This document shows positions 11,356 to 20,000 of a stretch of DNA of 20,000 bases, piece after piece. The stretch lies in the NCBI GenBank assembly GCA_002245135.1, contig NGBS01000319.1, forward strand, positions 50,591 to 70,590. Reading direction: 5' to 3'. The notes below the pieces were generated by a model. The model worked only from the letters and a program-made list of their open reading frames with translations, was not told the DNA's origin and ran no database searches. This DNA is from Proteromonas lacertae. Taxonomy: Eukaryota. Every line of letters begins with the position of its first letter. Within the stretch, counting starts at the first letter, position 1. A program made the position numbers and the translations under genes.

Positions 11356-12982
11356 TTATGACATTGAATACTTTGCTGCTACTTCTTGTGGTGCAAATTT
11401 AACCCAATAAGTTTGGAATGATTTGTTCAAATTACATGACTTTCCATATCTACTATTTGCATAAGCAACATTCTGATGTAATTGGTTAATAAAAGATACC
11501 TTCAAATTATTCATATTGAAGATTTGTAAAGTATTTAACAATCTAGTTATAAATCTCAATTCTTTCTCATTATCATTCATTCCTAATAACGTATTACCAA
11601 ATGCATTTGATTGGTTGTATTTAACAACATTATTCTTATCAATTCTAAAGCCATAATAATCAATAACTTGAACAATAATTCTTTTAAATGATTTATAACC
11701 TTCTTGACTTTTAAATTCATCGATTTGTTTGTCACTTAAGAATGGAACAGCTGGATATCTATTAGATATCTTATTACTAGGAATAATCCAATATCTTTCA
11801 GATTCTAATGGTTCAAACCAAGTGTTGAAATTACTAGTATTTATTTGATTTATCACATCAGAAAGTGTAAATGATAATACTGAAATTGTTGTATCTTGAT
11901 AAAAAGTAAGTATATTTTCAGGTATAAAACCAGTCTCCAATTGTCCTGCAGTGTAATCTACAATAGATGGTGCATTTGGTGCATCTAATGGTGAGTTTAT
12001 ATTAATAATATTATGAACAGGTGAAGATATTGGAGTTATACCTGGTGTTTGTACTACTGTACCATCCTGATTTAATATTTTATCTACATCCATAATACTA
12101 GCTAATTCTGGACTATCTCTGATAAATTCATTTAATAATGTATATTGTGAAACTATTAAAAATATATATATATAACTATATACATCCAATGATTTTATCT
12201 TGTATATATCTATTACCCAATATTTGTGAAACTGTTGGTCTTCTATCAGGATCTTTGGATAATAAATCTCTAATTAAATCATTTAAATATAAATCATCGT
12301 AATTACTTGGATGGAAATCGTGATGGTCGTATGGTAGAGAAGTACATAACTCATATAATATACAACCTAATGAATACATATCACACCTTTTATCAGGTAC
12401 ATAGGATGGATCATCGTTAATTTCTGGTGCTATATAATCTGAATTTCTATTAATTGCATCATTCACTCCATCTGTTCTTTCTAAGACAAAGTTTTCGAGA
12501 AAGTCACCTAAAAGAAATTCTCGATTTACAGTTATGTATATTGTTGAAGGTGATAAATTTCCATGAGCCATATTTGATTTGTGTAATTGACTTAGAGCAT
12601 GTAATATGTTTAATAAGAAACGATATATTTCATTCTCTTTGAATCTGAACCTATATCCATTCTTACGGATGTTCTTAGCTATGTATTCTTCTAATGTACC
12701 TCCTTGACAATATTCAAGTAAGAAGGAAATGTATTTTTCGTCTTTATGAAAATTATAGTAATGAACTATGTATCTGTTGTTCAAATTTGAAATATACTAG
12801 TATGAAAAAGATAAATAATTTATTATATATACATCATCTACATTACCCTCCGCAAAATCCCTGATTTTATACGTATCACAAGGATACTTCTTCAATAAAT
12901 AGTATAAACCTTTACTTCTTGTTTTATAAAGTTCATATGGCTTTCGAGTTTCGATTTCTTCCACTAATGAATAATCTGTCAT
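11356..12982 (-). CDS. NEK-like pseudokinase fused to an opioid growth factor receptor (OGFr_N)-like domain
   Basis: ATG at 12982; introns 12797-12832 and 12153-12183 join three ORFs. Kinase fold: LLEYCQGGTL, HGNLSPSTI, LGDF, YIAPE, DMYSLGCILYEL, DPDRRPT. C-terminal ILTFY...LESERYWIIPS...DYYGF...LRFITRLLNTL...SFQTYW resembles OGFr_N. Confidence 0.75.
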
Positions 12983-13028
12983 TTTTGTTGTTGTGTAATT
13001 CAATGTAATAATTACAGTCAATTATAAA

Positions 13029-14343
13029 ATGTATGTAACTATAACAGAGACAAAGCAAAAACAGTCAGTTCCCAAAAAAAGAAAGTTGAAAGTGGTAGAT
13101 ATTGCAGATAGTGATGAAGACGAGATAGAAAATAGAGATAAAAGATCGAAAAAAATAAGATATGATGTTGGTGATATAGTTCATACAAATTATGGCTGGG
13201 GAATAATCAAAGAAAAGAATAGAAAATTTAAAGGTGGTTATGAATACTTGATTAGTTTTGAATGGGGTAAAGTGTATTATAGAGGAATTATAGATGTAAC
13301 ATCTACCAATGTTATTGAATCGTATGAACATCCAGCTGATAAAGTATGTCTATTACATATATATTTATAGATTAAAATAGATATTACAGATAGAGAATTA
13401 GTTATGCTGCATAAAGAGAATATTGTGAATGATAAGATAGTAGAGTTTCTATTAGTGAGATTATATGAAGGTTGGGATAAAGATAGAGTTGAACTACTAC
13501 CTTCTTATTTTTATGATAATGTATTTCTATTAATTCATTTTATTAGGTTATTAATCAACCACAATCATATAGTAGGAGTATATCAAAATGGAAAGATCTG
13601 CTAAAGAAGGAATTTATTATTATTCCAATATGTAAAAAGTATTAAAATATATTAATATTATTTCTAATTTTAGTCATCATTGGACTGCAGTTATATTATA
13701 CAATACATTCTATGTATCTCAAAGATATATTTCATTTCTACAAGATTTGCCTCAAGATATTTCATTGAATTGTTTGAAAAATGAAGAAGAAATGGAGAAA
13801 TATATATTAGAAAATCCATCACAACAAAACATAGTAAAAAGTATACATATTCTTATTTATATAGAATATATAGAAGCTTATAAGAAACTGCAAACAGATA
13901 AAAACAGTAAAAGTAAAATGACAAGTGGAGCATATAGTGGAATATTCTATATAAACAGTGGAACAACGAATATAACATCAATTACTGTAACAATTAGAAA
14001 CTTTCTAACAGAAGTATTTTATCAAGAAAATAGTGAATATAGTACTTTGAAAGAGTTTTTTCCTATTTATAGAAGGAAAAACTACCCAGGTATGTCATTT
14101 AGATTGCCAAAACAGCAAAATGATTATGATTGTGGTTTGTACATATTTTATTATATTAAATGTTTTTTTGACAAATATTTAAAAGTTCCTTACCCTGTTT
14201 TTAATTTTAATGATGCTCCTACTTACAAAATTAAATTCGTTGAAAAAAATGAAGCTGAAGCAGCTGAGCAAATTGATGAAGTTCGTCTAAATCTTTTAAA
14301 TTTGCTTAAAATACATTATAATAGAAGTAGAAAAATAATTTAA
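13029..14343 (+). CDS. Ulp1/SENP-family (peptidase C48) SUMO/ubiquitin-like protease
   Basis: Introns 13344-13370, 13521-13546, 13639-13673 and probably 13841-13864 (or 13841-13873). Motifs VNDKIVEF, SYFY, IIIPICKNHHWTAVI and PKQQNDYDCGLYI; NLS-like PKKRKLK. Confidence 0.85.
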
Positions 14344-14432
14344 TTAGTTTATGAATGTTTTTCTTTTATACTATGAAAGGACATAATTTAAAACATCAAG
14401 CCAAATATCTTTTTTTTCTTTTTTGAGAGATT

Positions 14433-14986
14433 ATGAGTGGTAGTGGAACTTATAGAGAATATATGCCTGAGGAAGTTAAATTGGCTGGTATTCTCTTGGC
14501 TTTTTGATATTTAGGAGTGGAATTTACAACAATGACTGGTTCAGAAGACAAAGATTTAATAAATAAAATAGCTGGAGAAGATGAAATCGCTGCAGGTAAT
14601 ATAGAATCAAAAGGAGTTTTTGACCAAAGTGATTTGAGGTTTTTGAAAGAACAAGCAGCTAAAAATAAAGAAAAACAACAAATTGAAAAAGCAAAACTAG
14701 ATAAAGAACTACAGAAATTTAAAATATCTTTATTGAAAAAATAAATACATTCTTGAAATTATCCTTAATTAATAAAAGAGAAAGTATTAGAAGCAGAAGA
14801 AAAGGGATCTAACATGTTGGAAGATCTTTCAACAAAGGAATCATCCGATGTTCAAATACCCACAAGTATTTTTTATTTTTTCAATATATAGACATTGTTG
14901 TAAAAGCAAAGAAACGAAAAGGTGAGGGAGAGAAGAAGAAAACAAAAAAGCACAAAGCAGCTAGTGTTGGACTCGTTAGTTATTAG
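14433..14986 (+). CDS. FAM192A/PSME3IP1/Fyv6-like small nuclear protein
   Basis: ATG at 14433; GT-AG introns 14488-14514 and 14866-14891, plus U12-like intron 14724-14780. KGVFDQSDLRFLKEQ...ELQKFK resembles the FAM192A core (RGLDEDETNFLDE...ELKEYR). A basic tail ends GLVSY. The gene model is well supported; the family call is less certain. Confidence 0.55.
14724..14780 (+). other. U12-type-like intron, AT...AG (57 nt) or AT...AA (54 nt, ending 14777)
   Basis: 5' end ATATCTTTA; branch point ATCCTTAAT at 14761-14769; contains an in-frame TAA (14742-14744). No GT donor is nearby. Removal continues the frame QKFK|(E)KVLEAEEK. Confidence 0.75.
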
Positions 14987-15056
14987 TTTTATTTAAATTA
15001 TGACTTAAATATGTTAATCCCTACATACTGTATATAAATTTCATTTACTAACTAAA

Positions 15057-15540
15057 CTAAATTGATTCAACTTTGGAAGCTTCAATAACAGGGTTTGCTT
15101 TCACCAGAATATCGTGATTTTGTTTTTTATAGTCGAAAGAACAGCTGTGTTGATCAGCATATCTGTGTGCTCCACAGAATATATAACCACATTTACATTT
15201 AAATCCGAGCAACCCCACTTTCTTATTACACAAATAACATCTGTTTTTATTCTTTTGTTGTGGTTGTGAACTATCTAGTTGTGATTCACTTACTTGTGCC
15301 GGTTGTTCTGTTGCTGGCCCTGTTTGTGTCCTTGTACCTAGAAGTGTAAAATCCAAGAAATATACTTATAACTTTTTTATAACACGCAGAACAATAATTT
15401 TCTGTTGCTGGATTACTAATAAAGTATAGCCATAATATAATATACCCGTAAAAACTGCAATCTGGTGATAAACACTTTGTTGGTTGTTCTGGTTTATCTT
15501 TTATGATACTATCAGTATGACTATTTGAATCAGTAGACAT
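15057..15540 (-). CDS. A20/AN1 zinc-finger stress-associated protein (ZFAND5/6-like)
   Basis: Introns 15416-15445 and 15338-15365. A20 finger CLSPDCSFYGNPATENYCSACY; AN1 finger RCYLCNKKVGLLGFKCKCGYIFCGAHRYADQHSCSFDYK. Confidence 0.93.
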
Positions 15541-15806
15541 TATAGTAAATATAAAACTGCTAAGCGACTAGAAGCAAAGAATTAAAAAGAAGTTTTTCTA
15601 AACGAAAAATTTCGAATTTAAAGTCAGTTATTTTTCACTTTACATTTATCACATTTGCACTTCACACTAATTTTTATATAAACTCTAATATTTCAGTTGC
15701 TGAAAAAGATTAACTTGATTTTGAGACTTGTAACAACAAATAGTTTTCATGATTTATTAACACAAATAATATATCGATAAAATAAAATATTAATATGTAT
15801 AATTTT

Positions 15807-17617
15807 CTATGCACCATCGTTCAATGATCTACATCTTGATGCAAACTGTAAGGAAGCTATAGATTCTGATAAATTCCATTTAGCTGGGGATATATTAACA
15901 AACATTAGTAATTTAGAATCACCAGACAATGATTCTTGCAAGTAATAAGTCAATTTCGAATCTCTGTATGGAACATGCTTGCTCTTCATTGCGAATGCAT
16001 TAATAACACCACCTAAAGCACTCAACTATTCAAATAATATATAAAAATAACAATAAATATACACTCTTGTTGATAGATTTTGCTTCATTCAATCTAGCAC
16101 CATCTGCTGCTGTCTTATACACTCTCTCACTACCAGCAAGATCGATAAGATGTAGACGACTAAACTTTGACTCACCAGTCTTTAAATTAATACCAGCTAA
16201 GTTAATTGTAATAATCAAGTGAGATCTGGAAGAGTGTTCATTCATATTATGTTTACCAATTGCTCTATTTTCACTAGCCTTAGCGAAATAATCAATAACT
16301 TCAGAATATGAATTAACATCTAATCTTAACAAACCATCAGTATAAACTTTACCATCTTTACCTAAACGTAATTCTAAGTTATAACCAGCCTTCTTATCAG
16401 CATTCAATAAATCAGTAACCATCTCATTATAAACTTCAATTATACTCAATGAACAGTTATATCTACATTCATTCTTTCTAACTTGCATTAGATAGAATAG
16501 TGTATTTAATGTTCTAAACATCAAACCAGGATCTTCTTCAGGTCCCATCATAGTATGAGTCTTACCAGCACCAGTTTGACCATAAGCAAATATACATAAG
16601 TTAAATCCATCTAACGCTTTAGTAATAAATGGTTCAACTTCTTGGAATACTCTTTCTTGTGAATCATTAGGTGGGAAGACTTGATCGAAATTGAATGTAT
16701 AGGCATAACCTGATTTATTCATTACAATGACATCTTCAAATGGAAATTCAGTTGTATACATTGATTCACCTTTAGCAACTTCGTATGGTAATAATGGACG
16801 GACTCTGCAGAAGACCAAGATATTTTCTCTCTTTTTGTGCTTTCTGTTTCCTTTTCTCCAATCTAAATTATCCATAACAGCTCTGTTCATTTCTAAACCA
16901 ATCAAATTATCGAATTTATTATTCAATTCATTCCATTTAGCCATCTTTTCATTATATTCTGCTAATAATTGATCTACGATCTTTTGTAAGTTTTCTATGG
17001 CTGCTAATAATCTCTTTACTCTATCTTCACCACCTAAACTACTTAAATCATCAATCTCTTGTTTAAATTGTTCGATTGTTTCATCCTTTTGATTCAATTC
17101 TAATTCATGAATACCACGTTTATTCTTTGTTTCTCTGTCATATTTACGAGTCAAATCCATTAGTTTCTTGAATAATCTGTCATTCTCTGCGATTAGAGCT
17201 TCTAATTCTAAATCTTTCTTATCATCTTCATCATAGGAATGAGGTGGAGCTTTAAACCACTAAATTATAATATAAGTAATATATACATCATGCATTGCTC
17301 TAGGATCATCATATGTTGTTTCATTTGTTTCTTCATTCAAATAATAGGGTGGACTATGTAATAATAAATAGACAAAATATTAATATTAATGAATATATAC
17401 TCATCTGTTTCGGGTGTAATAGTTCTATATACAACATATCGATGACTATTCTTATCTTCCACTGCAAATAACTCAGGTGCTCTTGGTCTAAGTGCATATT
17501 GAAAGAATGCCCAATCTCTCGTTCTATCAGCATCTTCACCTTCAATTATGTCAGGTACAGCTATCTTCATACCTCGGAATAAACCTCTTTCATATGTGCC
17601 ATCTCTATAGCTAAAGT
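15807..17617 (-). CDS. C-terminal-motor kinesin (kinesin-14/KIFC3-like) with degenerate WW-like motif and coiled coil
   Basis: Introns 17354-17400, 17260-17286 and 16026-16062. Motor motifs NILVFCRVRP, FAYGQTGAGKTHTM, NEHSSRSH, LIDLAGSE, HVPYRDSKLT and SLQFASR; the motor is at the C-terminus. Probably continuous with the upstream ankyrin exons through intron 17618-17659. Confidence 0.9.
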
Positions 17618-17659
17618 CTATATACATAAAATACAATTTAATTATTTATTTATTTATAC

Positions 17660-18842
17660 TCTTTTTAGTATTAAATGGTTCTAATGCTCTGATAGCTTCT
17701 TGGACTTCTTTGAGCTACTGCTATATCATATGGTTTTTCACCATTATTATTTCTAATATTTGGATCAGCTTTATATTCGATCAATAATCTCACTATACTA
17801 TCTCTATCATTCATTGCTGCTACATGTAAAGCTGTATTTCCATCCATATCTTGAAGATTAATAAACTCATAATTTACGTTTTGTAATATGAATTGTGTCA
17901 TTTCTACTCTGCCTTGAGATGCTGCAAAATGTAATACAGTCTTCTTTTCTTTATTTGGTTCTGTTAATACAGCGTCATATTGTAATAATAATCGTAATAT
18001 ATCTAAATGTCCTCTTCCTGCACATAAATGAATAGGTAAATCTCCTTCTAAATCTGCATTACTTAATAATAGCTTCAATTCTCCTCTTTGTTGAGCTTTT
18101 TCTAATAATATTGAACAGCAATCATAATGACCATTCATTACAGCCAACTATATATATATATATATATATATATAAGAATAAGAAGAAAATAATTAAAAAT
18201 TTAATAATTTATATTTCATACTTGAAAACCAGTATATCCAAAATCAGGATGTGGATCAATAGCTGCTTTCTGTTGTAAACAATATTCTAATAATTGTGTA
18301 AATCCTTTTTCACATGCTATTAATAAGGGTGTATCACCTGAATCACTTTCTGTTAAATCTATTGGACAACCATGTTCTATTATCTCTTTTACTAAACCTA
18401 GACGATTACCACGACATGCTGAAAATAGATGATCCATCCAGTAATGAGAACTTTGTAAATCTGTTGCTATTTTGGTGGTTGGAAGTAAGTTGAGAAGTAC
18501 TTTATCATCCTATTTGTTTAAATCTTGATTAAATATACTATATATTCAACTATTGGAGGCGGTGCTACACCAGCTTGAATGCATTTCCATCCAATTTGTG
18601 GAGGGAAATTAACATCTGACTGACATGCATAATAACCTGTTGTCATATCTCCTATAATCCATCCTGCTTCACCATTAATTATTTCTTTAAATATCATCAA
18701 ACCATAAGACCCAGAGAATACAGGAGCACCATTTCTCATTCCCGATCGTCTAAATATGGATATTGATGTAAATATACAAGTAAGTTCCTACTGTAACAGG
18801 AATACCAGCATTTTTAATAACTAATAAATTAATACCATCCAT
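17660..18842 (-). CDS. Ankyrin-repeat region with uncharacterised N-terminal domain (probably the 5' part of the kinesin gene)
   Basis: ATG at 18842; introns 18750-18777, 18510-18538 and 18148-18221. Ankyrin repeats GDTPLLIAC, GDLPIHLCA, KTVLHFAA and GNTALHVAA. Stops at 17671 as assembled; a +1 shift near 17701 continues EAIRALEPFNTKK to a GTAT donor at 17659. Confidence 0.8.
18149..18174. repeat. (TA)13 microsatellite inside a 74-nt intron
   Basis: Direct reading; lies at the 3' end of intron 18148-18221 (minus strand). Confidence 0.9.
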
Positions 18843-18946
18843 AAAAAGAATTATTTAAAAACACGTTGGCTATTACATGTAATTTACTCTTTTTAGGTAA
18901 ATCTTTATTTTTTCTTATATATGCAATATATTGGATAAATAGCAGT

Positions 18947-19492
18947 ATGTCAGATAAAGATGAGACAAAAGTTGGTGAAAATTAGCTCCATTTAATCCTA
19001 CTTGTGATGAAGTATTATTTATCTTCAGTTTATATATAGGCAATAGAATTAGTATTTAAATTAGCAGATTTACAACCAAATGATGTTGTTTATGATTTGG
19101 GATGTGGAGACGGTAGAGTTTTAATTTATGCAGCTAAAACAGTTGGTTGTAAATGTGTAGGTTATGAATATGATAAAACATTCTATGATAGAGCTGTTCA
19201 AAATATAAAAAATGAAAAATTGGAGGAATTGATAGTATAATTGTGTTTTTTTGTTTTATAATCAATAGAATGTATATCATCAATCGTCACTAGATGCAAA
19301 TATTACAGATGCAACATTAATTTTCTATATCTAGTTCCAGAAGGTTTAAAGAAAATACAATCAATAATTCAACCATTATATGAAAAAGGTGTAAAAATAG
19401 TCACTTATATATTTTCATTACCTTATATAACTCCAATTAAAGTAGAACATTGTAGAGGTGTGAAGGTTAATTATTATAAAAAGAATAATTAG
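18947..19492 (+). CDS. Class I SAM-dependent methyltransferase (FAM173-like or bacterial-type), with two apparent 1-nt deletions; missed by ORF track
   Basis: KLAPFNPT, LQPNDVVYDLGCGDGRVLI, KCVGYEYD, DATLIF-LYLVPEGL and KIVTYIFSLP; introns 19012-19039 and 19235-19268. Frame breaks at the A-run 18978-18981 and the T-run 19321-19324. Confidence 0.75.
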
Positions 19493-19522
19493 AAACATAA
19501 ATATTTACTTATTTTTTTTTAC

Positions 19523-20000
19523 TTATAAATCAAAACCCCAAGTTCTATATTCATGATTATAAAATGAAGCAGTTCCAACAACATACGATTTACTCTCTCT
19601 TTGTGGGTTTATCCAATCACTTCCATAGTTAAATTCTCACTTTCATGATCAAGATTCTGTCTTAATATTTCAAAGTTATTATTATTATCATCATAATTCA
19701 ATATATAACCTCCTCCTCTCATTCCTGCAATTAATAGCAAATTCTAATTGTAATAATAACAATTACTTAATAATATACTGCTTGATAAGGATGCCATTTT
19801 ATTCTCCATATTCCACCATTTAATTTTATTTTGGTGATTGATTTACTCATATTTCTAGTATCCCATATTCTTACATATTCATAAGAACCTGTTGTGAATA
19901 TATTCTCTCTAAATAATTATAATAATTATTATAAAATACAATGATGGATGAGATTGCATTGAACAAACTCCAGCTTGATGTTTTTTATTATTTGTATTGG
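19523..20000 (-). CDS. DPH7: Diphthine methyl ester hydrolase DPH7/WDR85 (WD40), 3' part, with an apparent 1-nt deletion; missed by ORF track
   Basis: HQAGVCSMQSHP, TGSY..VRIWDTRNM, GGIWRIKWHP, LLLIAGMRGG, HES...YGSDW and TASFYN; introns 19909-19939 and 19744-19778; frame break near 19627. Confidence 0.8.

Noticed and set aside
12879..12887. GTATCCTTG on the minus strand, resembling a U12 GT donor
   Set aside because: It lies in an open kinase frame right after the LLKK strand, has no CCTTAA branch point downstream, and a normal intron (12797-12832) explains the junction.
15541..15806. Longest intergenic gap, with a short inverted repeat (TTTCAG-TTG-CTGAAA) and a TATA-like run; possible ncRNA
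   Set aside because: No tRNA, snRNA or snoRNA boxes recognised, and short hairpins are expected in AT-rich DNA. An Rfam scan would settle it.
1..20000. Alternative genetic code, CRISPR arrays, mobile elements, rRNA or tRNA genes
   Set aside because: Internal stops are explained by introns or frame breaks under the standard code. No repeat-spacer arrays, transposase or reverse-transcriptase motifs, or structured RNA genes were seen.

Overview
Very AT-rich, gene-dense eukaryotic (protist) nuclear DNA, not prokaryotic. Manual splicing gives about 16 protein-coding genes or fragments, broken by about 44 tiny GT-AG introns. Most introns are 24-47 nt, nearly all start GTAT and all end TAG. Intergenic gaps are short, often under about 150 bp. 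This architecture resembles an AT-rich Blastocystis-like stramenopile (inference). Recognisable genes: LETM1, a BTB/BACK-He_PIG-SPRY-like protein, PIG-L, NSE1, OCRL/INPP5B, LSm2 (absent from the ORF track), a pseudokinase fused to an OGFr-like domain, a Ulp1/SENP protease, a FAM192A/Fyv6-like protein, an A20/AN1 zinc finger protein, a probable ankyrin-WW-kinesin-14, a SAM methyltransferase and DPH7. Highlights: (1) two apparent minor-spliceosome (U12-type) introns with ATATC 5' ends, a shared CCTTAATTA branch point and non-AC 3' ends (AT-AA or AT-AG), both in splicing-factor genes; (2) unusual domain fusions; (3) five single-base frame disruptions in otherwise intact genes, most likely assembly errors but testable as recoding. 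All family calls come from motif recognition by eye, not database searches.
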